Of a DNA stretch of 64,000 nt, positions 39,477-47,057 are shown one piece after another; position 1 is the first letter of the stretch, and every line of letters begins with the position of its first letter. The stretch covers positions 103,500-167,499 of the forward strand of contig CAOKER010000003.1 of NCBI GenBank assembly GCA_948467545.1, given 5' to 3'. The notes under the pieces are model-generated. The model saw nothing but the letters and a program-made list of their open reading frames with translations. It was not told the DNA's origin and made no database searches. The DNA is from an uncultured Eubacteriales bacterium (GTDB lineage Bacteria > Bacillota > Clostridia > Oscillospirales > CAG-272). The position numbers and the translations under genes are program-made.

Positions 39477-40013
39477 CTATATGTTTTTATTGCAGCTTTT
39501 AAGTAAGCGGTTTGTTCCTGTTATTTCCGCATCTACTAAATCAATCATTCGTTTTACATTTGCGGAGTGAGTAGCCGAAACTTCATTTTCCCATAATGGA
39601 TTAACTTGCTTTTCAATTCCTGTACGGTATTTTTGTAGGACAGCAAGGCGTTCCTGTAAGAGTTCCTGTTGTTCTTCGAGCGTAAATGTATTCAAGAAAA
39701 ATGCGGCAATGGAAAAGATGTTTGTATCATAATTAAATTGTAAAATGGATGCCTTTAGTGTAGATATAAACTCGTCTTTCCCTTTGTCAGAAAGGCTATA
39801 AACGGTGCGGTCTGGCATATTCCCTACTTTTTCAGTAGTACCCAATATGTACCCCTTTTTTTCAAGAGTTTTCAATGTGGAATATACGGTTGAATCAGCA
39901 ATATTAAACCACCATTTTACATTCATGTAATTTAAGAGCTTTATTATCTCATATGCGTTAAGAGGCTTTTCATAGATAAGACCTAAAAGCATAGTGGCAG
40001 GTTTTGATAACAT
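39477..40013 (-). CDS. PadR family transcriptional regulator
   Basis: Winged-helix block LNAYEIIKLLNYMNVKWWFNIADSTVYSTLKTLEKKGYILG plus a C-terminal dimerisation helix region. Confidence 0.85.
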   Translation of the reverse strand: MLSKPATMLLGLIYEKPLNAYEIIKLLNYMNVKWWFNIADSTVYSTLKTLEKKGYILGTTEKVGNMPDRTVYSLSDKGKDEFISTLKASILQFNYDTNIFSIAAFFLNTFTLEEQQELLQERLAVLQKYRTGIEKQVNPLWENEVSATHSANVKRMIDLVDAEITGTNRLLKSCNKNI

Positions 40014-40046
40014 ACAGTTTCCTCCTTGACATTCTGTTGTATTTAT

Positions 40047-40068
40047 AGTACTTTATATATAAAGTACT
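40047..40068. promoter_or_regulatory. Perfect 22-bp palindrome in the padR divergent promoter region (candidate PadR operator)
   Basis: AGTACTTTATATATAAAGTACT is its own reverse complement; it lies between padR and the 40132 gene, next to TTGACA at 40026-40031. Confidence 0.55.
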
Positions 40069-40131
40069 TCTTATTAATACTACTATTATACCACAGGAAA
40101 ATTGAAAATGGAATACAAAAAGGAGGTTTTT

Positions 40132-40599
40132 ATGCCACAACTAAATAAAGGCAGAAAATTCATATTTGGGATTTCTGTTATACATCCAGATTTAACAGTT
40201 CATATTCCACCGCAAGCCTTGTCGGAGTATGATGCAACACGGAATGGGAAAATTAGTATCTTTACAGGAAGCAAAATAACAGGAAGCCTTTGTGTTATTA
40301 CATATTCATTGCTCTCAAACTCGAAGTTAAAGCATATTTTAGAGGACTGTCCTGAATTAAGGGATTGTTTGCTTTCAGAGGGCGAGTTTATGCAATATAA
40401 GGGGCATAGATATGCTTGGCTTGATATTGATGAAAACGGTGTAATTAAATTGCCGCATAGCACTTTGGCGGTCTTAGGGCTACAATCTGGAATGGAGTTG
40501 TTATCTATTCGCAGCAGTGATATTGCCTTTACAATGGGTGCAAAAGGACCGCTGCTTCAAAAAGCCCATAACTTTCAAGGCAGTATAGAGAAATATTAG
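40132..40599 (+). CDS. Hypothetical protein, possibly with tandem AbrB/SpoVT-like swapped-hairpin domains
   Basis: AGGAGG before ATG 40132; segments LTVHIPPQALSEY and GVIKLPHSTLAVLGLQSGMELL resemble the AbrB-type looped hinge. Tentative. Confidence 0.4.
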   Translation: MPQLNKGRKFIFGISVIHPDLTVHIPPQALSEYDATRNGKISIFTGSKITGSLCVITYSLLSNSKLKHILEDCPELRDCLLSEGEFMQYKGHRYAWLDIDENGVIKLPHSTLAVLGLQSGMELLSIRSSDIAFTMGAKGPLLQKAHNFQGSIEKY

Positions 40600-40611
40600 G
40601 AGAATAACGAA

Positions 40612-41262
40612 ATGAGAAACATAGCAGACAATCGGCTCTTTCCTATGATTTTGTTATTCACAATCATAGGAGAGTTTATTGTTCCGTGGATACTGGAACA
40701 GTTTTATTCTGAATATAACGGCAAGATAATGGTTATGAGTGCTTTAGGTAGTCCGCAAAGTCCAGTCCGACTTATTTATAATTTATGGCTCATCTGGCTC
40801 GGCGGTTTCTTAGCATATACAGCAGGTGTATATTTTTTGTCACTAAGAGCAAGATTTCCTGTTCTGGCGGTTTTTATGCTACTTTCGATTGGAATTTTTG
40901 CTGTTGGTGCAGGGCTTATTTCTGGATTTTTTAGTGTAAACGAGAGCAAAAACATAGCTACTACAGCTTCAAAGATCCATGGAGTAGGTGCTGCAATCGG
41001 TTTTATGGCTCTACTGCTTTTTCCATTGCTAAATGGGATTGTATCATTTAAGCAAAATGACACGGTTGAGGGCATCATCAGTATAAGCTCATTTATTTTA
41101 TCGCTCATTTTCTTTACCTGTTTTGTTATGGGAGATAAGGAGCAATTTCAAAATACCATTTTGAAGTATGAAGGATTATGGGAACGCCTTACTTTGTTTT
41201 GTATGTATATTCCTTTTATTTATAAGTCTATGAGCAACTTGTTTTTTAGAGCGAGGTATTGA
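40612..41262 (+). CDS. Polytopic membrane protein (DUF998-like, tentative)
   Basis: Six or so hydrophobic segments; no catalytic motif recognised. Confidence 0.5.
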   Translation: MRNIADNRLFPMILLFTIIGEFIVPWILEQFYSEYNGKIMVMSALGSPQSPVRLIYNLWLIWLGGFLAYTAGVYFLSLRARFPVLAVFMLLSIGIFAVGAGLISGFFSVNESKNIATTASKIHGVGAAIGFMALLLFPLLNGIVSFKQNDTVEGIISISSFILSLIFFTCFVMGDKEQFQNTILKYEGLWERLTLFCMYIPFIYKSMSNLFFRARY

Positions 41263-41263
41263 A

Positions 41264-41458
41264 ATGGCAAAAATAGAATGGATACTTTGTCCTGTTTGTG
41301 GCAATAAAACTCGTAATCAAATCAGGGAAGATACTGTTCTTTTGAATTTTCCCTTATACTGTCCGAAGTGTAAACAAGAAACATTGATTGAAGCAAAAAA
41401 ATTTCAAGTAACGGTCATTGAAGATATTGATAAAAAGCGGGGGAATAAAGCAGAATGA
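41264..41458 (+). CDS. Cysteine-rich zinc-ribbon protein (Cys-rich KTR-type)
   Basis: CPVCGNKTRNQIREDT...LYCPKCKQET: two CxxC pairs with the KTR signature. Confidence 0.6.
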   Translation: MAKIEWILCPVCGNKTRNQIREDTVLLNFPLYCPKCKQETLIEAKKFQVTVIEDIDKKRGNKAE

Positions 41459-41652
41459 ATAAGATAAAAACAATTTTTATGGCATCGACATTAGAAGTAC
41501 TATTAGTGCTTTGCGTCGGCATTGCAAATTTACTTATTAAACCGATATACTATTTCTGCTTCTATAATGTCCTGTATGGTATATTGTTTAGCTTTTTAAT
41601 CCCCCTTGTAGTCTTTATTGTACTTGTGAGAGCGAATAGAAAAGAAAGGTAA
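41455..41652 (+). CDS. Small two-TM membrane protein
   Basis: ATGA start-stop overlap with the previous gene; two hydrophobic helices. Confidence 0.45.
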   Translation: MNKIKTIFMASTLEVLLVLCVGIANLLIKPIYYFCFYNVLYGILFSFLIPLVVFIVLVRANRKER

Positions 41653-41663
41653 AAACAACGCTT

Positions 41664-42302
41664 ATGGATGAAAAATTATATCGTGAACTTGGTCAACTGA
41701 CAAAGGATAAATCTATTTGGAAACAAAATATCCCCTATGTAGCTTCTTTGCTTAAAAATCAATCTCCTAAAATAACGGCTAAAGCAATGTGGCTGCTTGG
41801 AGAGATGGGATTGGTATATCCGCAGGAAGTCGCACCATATACAAAAGAAATTGCTTCTTTTATCGTTTCGGAAAATGACTTACTAAGAGAGCGTACCGCT
41901 AATGCTTTAGGACGAATTGGCAGAGCAGATTACAACCTTGTTGCCCCTTATTTTGAGGAACTATTAACCTTGGCAGGAGATAAAAGCCCTAATGTACGGT
42001 TAAGTTTTATATGGGCTTCTGAAAACATTGCGACAAATACATGGGCGGTGTATGAGAATTGTTTGCCGATATTTGCAGAGCTTCTTAACGATGAAAACGA
42101 AAGGGTCCGCATGGAAGCACCAGAGATGTTTCGGGTGTTAGGAAAACGAAAGCCCGAATTTGTGCGACCATATTTAGAAAAATTGGAATATATAGCAACG
42201 CACGATGAGGTTAGCGTAGTTCGTATTCACGCCAAAGGAGCAATTAGAGCCACATTATCCAAAACCATCAAAGAGCCAGACGCTAAGACGCAGAGCCGAT
42301 GA
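41664..42302 (+). CDS. HEAT-repeat protein
   Basis: Repeated helical pairs with D/E..VR.....LG pattern (NDLLRERTANALGRIG, SPNVRLSFIWASENI, NERVRMEAPEMFRVLG, EVSVVRIHAKGAI). Confidence 0.55.
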   Translation: MDEKLYRELGQLTKDKSIWKQNIPYVASLLKNQSPKITAKAMWLLGEMGLVYPQEVAPYTKEIASFIVSENDLLRERTANALGRIGRADYNLVAPYFEELLTLAGDKSPNVRLSFIWASENIATNTWAVYENCLPIFAELLNDENERVRMEAPEMFRVLGKRKPEFVRPYLEKLEYIATHDEVSVVRIHAKGAIRATLSKTIKEPDAKTQSR

Positions 42303-42306
42303 ACAA
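42267..42306 (+). repeat. Direct repeat copy 1 (covers the last codons and stop of the HEAT-repeat gene)
   Basis: ATCAAAGAGCCAGACGCTAAGACGCAGAGCCGATGAACAA; matches 43068-43108 apart from a 1-nt indel. Confidence 0.85.
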
Positions 42307-42446
42307 ATTTCTGGCTATTCGGCTTAATTACAGTTTTCATGTTCCACTTTGCTGCCAGAAGTACAAGCATGAAATATTGATTGAAGAAAAAAACAGTCTT
42401 GGAAAATCCAGACAAGTAAACTATTGTATGAAATGGAGAAAACAGT

Positions 42447-43055
42447 ATGGACTACAAGGAAACACATATCAGCTTTTTATATAACGATTTAATAAAAGAA
42501 TATGGAAGTGAACAGGGTAAACGGCTTTATGCCCTAATGTGCAAAAAGTTTGCTAATCTATGTGAAAAAGAAATGAAATCCGAAAACCATGCGATAAATG
42601 AGCATGTATTTGAAAGACTGTTACCAACGATAAGTATGTATTTAACCCTTATAGAAAATGATTTTACGCAAGAAGAAGCACTTAGGATAACTCATAAGGA
42701 AATACAGCACCATGCAAGCAATATGGCAGAAGAAAATGCCAAACTTAAAAAAATGCCCTTTACATACGGTTTATTTAAGATATTTGCAAAATCACATATG
42801 AAGAAAAAGTATCCAATCGAGGGCTTTACCGTGGAATGGAAAAGACATGATTATAAAGAAATCCATTTTGACATAGTTCGCTGCATTTACAAAGAGATGT
42901 GTGAAAAATATCATTGTTCCGAATTATGTGCGGTTTTCTGTCAAAGCGATATAACTGCCTTTTCAGGATATAGACCCAAGATTAGATTTGAAAGGTCAGG
43001 GACAATCGGGGAAGGAGCTAATTGTTGTGATTTCCATTTTATTCGTGGAAATTAA
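42447..43055 (+). CDS. Cys-rich protein, possibly of the L-2-amino-thiazoline-4-carboxylic acid hydrolase-like family (tentative)
   Basis: 202-aa ORF with C-terminal CAVFCQSD and CCDFHF motifs; family assignment from memory only. Confidence 0.4.
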   Translation: MDYKETHISFLYNDLIKEYGSEQGKRLYALMCKKFANLCEKEMKSENHAINEHVFERLLPTISMYLTLIENDFTQEEALRITHKEIQHHASNMAEENAKLKKMPFTYGLFKIFAKSHMKKKYPIEGFTVEWKRHDYKEIHFDIVRCIYKEMCEKYHCSELCAVFCQSDITAFSGYRPKIRFERSGTIGEGANCCDFHFIRGN

Positions 43056-43067
43056 AAAATAAAAAAT

Positions 43068-43108
43068 ATCAAAGAGCCAGACGCATAAGACGCAGAGCCG
43101 ATGAACAA
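43068..43108 (+). repeat. Direct repeat copy 2 (non-coding), running into a terminator hairpin
   Basis: ATCAAAGAGCCAGACGCATAAGACGCAGAGCCGATGAACAA. Confidence 0.85.
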
Positions 43109-43152
43109 GTGAGTTGATAAAAGCTCACAGTTTGTCGGCTCTGTTCTTTTAT
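43093..43152 (+). terminator. Long imperfect hairpin terminator
   Basis: CAGAGCCGA (43093-43101) pairs with TCGGCTCTG (43135-43143); inner GTGAG/CTCAC stem; followed by TTCTTTTAT. Confidence 0.6.
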
Positions 43153-43583
43153 ACAGAACGGGAAGAACAAGCCCGCCGAATAAAAAAACGAAGTTCGGCG
43201 GGCTGCGTTCCCATGCTCTTATTTTCCCTCTGGGCTTCGTTTTGAAGTTTGGAGGGATTTTTATGTGCGGGCGTAAACCTGCCACATTCTGCCGCCTGCT
43301 TATGTGGGTGATTACATACATAGTATCATGGATTAGCGAGGATAGTCTGTTAAAAAAATCCTCACTTGTGCATGGTGCTACTATACCCCAAAAGTAGATA
43401 CCAAATTTCTGCAAGACAGATATTTAATACCCTATAACCGTGAAGGTGTGACAGCCTTTACGGTTTTTCTTTTGTCGCTTTTTGTCAGCAGGCAGGACAA
43501 GCCTGCTTCTGGCGTGGGCTGCCGTTCCCCACCCTCTTATCTGGATTTTTACATTTCAAAAATTCAGATTGGAGGTACTTACG

Positions 43584-44099
43584 GTGAAGTATGCACCAAG
43601 AAAAGTATATATCAAAGAAAACAATGTCTATGTGGAATTGTCCTATGAGGACTTCTGCCGCCGCAGGCAAACAGACCAGAGTTACATGGACAAGCTGTTT
43701 ATCCCCGTGCAGGGCTGCCTGCTTGAAGTCGTGCGGGAACAGTACGCCGATTTCTATCGGGAGAAAGAACGGTGGCGTTACCTGAAAAAACTGGACGCAA
43801 GCCACAGCCTGCTCTCATTGGAGGGCTTTACGGACAGCGAGGGAAATGTGATTGACTTCGTTGTAGATGAAACGGCGGACGTTGCGGAAACCGTTATCCG
43901 TGCGGCGATGGTGGACAGGCTGAAAGCTGCCCTATCCTTATTGTCGGATAGTGAACAGGCATTGATACAGGCAATCTTCTTTGAGGAACTTTCCGAGCGG
44001 GAAGTCGGGCTGCGGTTAGGCATCACGCAGAGCGTTGTGAACAAGCGCAAAGCCAAAATCCTTGCGAAGCTGAGAAAGATAATCGAAAACAAAATTTAA
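43584..44099 (+). CDS. Sigma-70-family (region 4) ICE regulatory protein
   Basis: GTG 43584 lies 8 nt after GGAGG; C-terminal LSDSEQALIQAIFFEELSEREVGLRLGITQSVVNKRKAKILAKLR HTH. Confidence 0.75.
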   Translation: MKYAPRKVYIKENNVYVELSYEDFCRRRQTDQSYMDKLFIPVQGCLLEVVREQYADFYREKERWRYLKKLDASHSLLSLEGFTDSEGNVIDFVVDETADVAETVIRAAMVDRLKAALSLLSDSEQALIQAIFFEELSEREVGLRLGITQSVVNKRKAKILAKLRKIIENKI

Positions 44100-44197
44100 G
44101 GCGTTCAGCCCTCTTGTTTTTTCCTTTGGGAAAACGAGGGGGCTTTTTCCTACCCTCTCAATCTTGGATTTACCGAAATCCCGATTGGAGAAAAAAC

Positions 44198-44623
44198 ATG
44201 GCATATAACCACCGACGGGAAGAACGCAAGTGGCGTATCTGGAAAGAGAACGAAGAAAAGATATTGCGTGAGTGCGGCGTTGATGAAAGCACGATTGAAG
44301 AAATTCGCACTTATGACAGAGCAGATTTTAATTCCAACAGGCGGTTTTACCGTTGAACAAATGATGTAGCGGAGTACCTTGAAGAAATGGCGGATAGAGA
44401 GCCGCAGGCAGAGATACATTCTGTCGATGAATTGTTAGATGAAATCGAGAACGAAAGGCTGTATCAGGCATTGGTTACAGTGGACAAGCGTACTCTGCAT
44501 ATTCTACTGCTGAAAATGCATGGATATTCCACAAAGGAGATTGCCCCGATTGTCGGGCTGACAACGGGAGCTATTTATGCAAGGGTGGAACACTTGCGGA
44601 AAAAGCTGAAGAAAGTTTTATAG
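44198..44623 (+). pseudogene. Sigma-70 region-4-type ICE protein split by an in-frame TGA
   Basis: MAYNHRREERKW...RRFYR stops at TGA 44354-44356, then the same frame continues TNDVAEYLEEMADRE...LLLKMHGYSTKEIAPIVGLTTGAIYARVEHLRKKL (HTH) to 44623. Confidence 0.65.
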
Positions 44624-44654
44624 GTTTCTAATACAAAGCACTTTCCCACGGGCT

Positions 44655-44690
44655 AATGAGTGAGGGGAGAAATCCTCTCACTCATTTTTT
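44655..44690 (+). terminator. Intrinsic terminator
   Basis: 10-bp stem AATGAGTGAG/CTCACTCATT followed by TTTTTT. Confidence 0.75.
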
Positions 44691-44704
44691 CGGGAGGAAG
44701 GACA

Positions 44705-45178
44705 ATGGCATATCGAAAAAAGGCGTACACGCTGAAAGAAGAAATCAGGGAGGACGGCATACGATACTCTATCGGTTTTAAAGACGGACAAGGGAATTAT
44801 CACGAATTAGAAGTGTCCGAGCAGTTTTTTATGGAGTTCCGCCAGATGGAGCGAAGAAACAGAAATCTTCAGCAATGGGATGAACGTCATCGGGAGTTTA
44901 ATGAGGTCTGGGAAGAAACGCTGAACAGACGGGCATTGAGATTACCGAAAACTCTGGACGAGCTGCTGATGGATAAAGAGCGTGACGAGCTGCTCTACCG
45001 TCTGATTGACGGGCTACCAGAAATTCAAAGGCGGCGTTTTCTGCTCTACTATGATTACGGCTTCAACTACTACCAGATTGGGGCAATGGAACATTGCAAT
45101 GCTTCGGCGGCAAGGAACTCTGTTGTAATTGCAAGAGAAAAAATCAAGGCGCAGATGGAAAAATATCTTTGTGCCTGA
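44705..45178 (+). CDS. Sigma-70 region-4-like HTH protein
   Basis: ATG 44705 after GGGAGGAAGG; LPEIQRRRFLLYYDYGFNYYQIGAMEHCNASAARNSVVIAREKIK. Confidence 0.65.
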   Translation: MAYRKKAYTLKEEIREDGIRYSIGFKDGQGNYHELEVSEQFFMEFRQMERRNRNLQQWDERHREFNEVWEETLNRRALRLPKTLDELLMDKERDELLYRLIDGLPEIQRRRFLLYYDYGFNYYQIGAMEHCNASAARNSVVIAREKIKAQMEKYLCA

Positions 45179-45325
45179 TTGGTAAAGGAATATCCTTGTA
45201 TCTTCGGATATGAGGATATTTTGCTATATGTTCTCTAATGGAATTTTACAGAAGTAAAGAAACCGGAACACGCCTTAAAGCTGTTTATCCGCTTTGCTCT
45301 TGCGAAAGGTGCGATTACCTACGGT

Positions 45326-45862
45326 ATGGAGCTAATGCTTGCCCTGTTTAATATCGTGCAAGGTACGATTTCGACCATTATGAATGCCGCAGGGTTTGGC
45401 ACGGCACAGCAGACTACCTTGCCGCAGGAGATGATTGATACTATTGAAAGCTGCGGCTTTTTTGAGAGCATACCGCTTTGGGCGGTTACGCTGATCGGCG
45501 GGCTGTTTATAACGGTAATGTCTTTTATTTTGATAATGACGGTGTACGGGCGCTTTTTCAAGCTGTATATGTACACGGCGTTAGCGCCGATTCCGCTTTC
45601 CACCTTTGCCGGAGAGCCTTCGCAGAATGTGGGCAAGTCGTTTATCAAAAGCTACTGCGCTGTCTGCCTTGAGGGTGCGGTAATTGTTTTGGCGTGTATC
45701 ATCTTTTCTCTGTTTGCGGCTTCGCCTCCCGTAGTGGATACCAATGCGGCGGCGGTTACACAGGTATGGGCGTATATCGGTGAGCTTGTTTTTAATATGC
45801 TTGTCCTTGTGGGTAGTATAAAGATGAGTGACAGGATTATCCGAGAGATGATGGGACTTTGA
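45326..45862 (+). CDS. VirB6/TrbL-like conjugal membrane protein, probably 5'-truncated
   Basis: Multi-TM C-terminal portion. The frame is open upstream only to 45239 (after a TAA) with homologous-looking residues PEHALKLFIRFALAKGAITYG and no start codon there. Confidence 0.5.
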   Translation: MELMLALFNIVQGTISTIMNAAGFGTAQQTTLPQEMIDTIESCGFFESIPLWAVTLIGGLFITVMSFILIMTVYGRFFKLYMYTALAPIPLSTFAGEPSQNVGKSFIKSYCAVCLEGAVIVLACIIFSLFAASPPVVDTNAAAVTQVWAYIGELVFNMLVLVGSIKMSDRIIREMMGL

Positions 45863-45954
45863 TTATGACATTTTTGTAAATTTCAGATATGCTGTTGCAT
45901 TTTACGATGAATTAGGCTATAATAATTACAGCAGATTTGAAAGGAGCGAATGTT

Positions 45955-46209
45955 ATGCCAAATATAAAGCCTGTGTCTGATTTGAGAAACTATACGGAGG
46001 TATTGCGTGATATTGCGGTTGGAGAGCCCGTATTCCTGACAAAAAACGGCAGGGGCAGATATGCCATTGTCGATATGGAGGAATATGAAAAAACAAAGGC
46101 TGTGATTAAGCTGATGGGCGAGCTTTCCAAAGGAGAACAGTCTGCAAAGGAAAAAGGCTGGACGGATATTGCCGATGTTGAGAAAATGTTAGGTATTGCC
46201 AATGGCTGA
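45955..46209 (+). CDS. Phd/YefM-family type II antitoxin
   Basis: MPNIKPVSDLRNYTEVLRDIAVGEPVFLTKNGRGRYAIVDMEEYE; 8-nt overlap with the toxin gene. Confidence 0.8.
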   Translation: MPNIKPVSDLRNYTEVLRDIAVGEPVFLTKNGRGRYAIVDMEEYEKTKAVIKLMGELSKGEQSAKEKGWTDIADVEKMLGIANG

Positions 46210-46525
46210 GATAAAATTTTCACCGGAAGCAATTACAGACTTACAGCAGACGAAAGCATATATTACGGAGGAATTTTGCAATGAGCAGGCGGCGGTGGGT
46301 ACGGTTGCAAAGATTACAAAGAGAATCCGGCAGCTTTCTGACTTTCCTGAAAGCGGCGCTCCGCTTTCCTCTATCGTAGACTTTGAAACGGATTACCGAT
46401 TTTTGGTCTGCGGCAACTATACGGCGTTCTACCGAATCGAAAATCAGACAGTAAATATTATTCGTGTGCTTTACGGACGGAGGAACTTTATGCAAATCCT
46501 GTTCGGAGAGCCAAGTGACAACTAA
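46202..46525 (+). CDS. RelE/ParE-family type II toxin
   Basis: About 107 aa; DYRFLVCGNYTAFYRIENQTVNIIRVLYGRRN C-terminal signature. Confidence 0.8.
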   Translation: MAEIKFSPEAITDLQQTKAYITEEFCNEQAAVGTVAKITKRIRQLSDFPESGAPLSSIVDFETDYRFLVCGNYTAFYRIENQTVNIIRVLYGRRNFMQILFGEPSDN

Positions 46526-46598
46526 ATACAACGCAAAAGAAACGAATCGTCATCTGAAAAGGGTGGCGATTTTTTATGCAAAAAGAAAGGAACTTTTA

Positions 46599-47057
46599 AT
46601 GGAAGTAAAAATAAACCGTGAAATCAGAAATTACACGGAAGCGATGTTTTTTGGACTGTCCCTGCGGCAGTTCATTTTTTCTGTCTGCGCCTGTGCGGTA
46701 GCGGTGGGATTGTATTTTCTGCTGAAACCTTATGTGGGGACGGAAACCGTATCGTGGATGTGTATTTTAGGCGCAGCGCCCTTTGCGGCGCTTGGATTTA
46801 TTAAATACAACGGAATGACCGCAGAGAAATTTATTTACGCTTGGATTAAGTCGGAATTTCTAATGCCGAAAAAACTCACATTCCATTCCACCAATACCTA
46901 CTACGAGCTTATGAAGCCGAGTATGGAAAAGAAGCAGAAGGAGGTCAGCGGTGCGATGAGGTTTGGCAGAAAACGAAAGCTTGATGACGCACCGCCCAAG
47001 AATGCCGGCAAGCGGCATTCTTCAAAGACAGCGAAAGGAGAAAGCTCGAATGATTAA
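46599..47057 (+). CDS. PrgI/TcpE-like small T4SS membrane protein
   Basis: ATG 46599; two adjacent TM helices (FIFSVCACAVAVGLYFLL, WMCILGAAPFAALGFI); sits immediately upstream of VirB4. Confidence 0.7.
   Translation: MEVKINREIRNYTEAMFFGLSLRQFIFSVCACAVAVGLYFLLKPYVGTETVSWMCILGAAPFAALGFIKYNGMTAEKFIYAWIKSEFLMPKKLTFHSTNTYYELMKPSMEKKQKEVSGAMRFGRKRKLDDAPPKNAGKRHSSKTAKGESSND

Noticed and set aside
42299-42484. 61-aa ORF between the direct repeat and the 42447 gene. Also the 19-codon mini-ORF at 43264 preceded by GGAGG
   Set aside because: There is no supporting homology or context. The first overlaps the start of the better-supported 42447 gene, and the second is too short to evaluate.
35593-44356. 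Possibility that the in-frame TAG (35593) and TGA (44354) reflect stop-codon reassignment or programmed read-through
   Set aside because: TGA terminates clear housekeeping genes here (smc, leuS, rsfS, the SGNH hydrolase). TAG terminates the parB-like gene, the nested tnpV and the orf7-like sigma gene at their expected ends. The element carries other, unrelated lesions. Ordinary nonsense mutations or sequencing errors are the simpler explanation.
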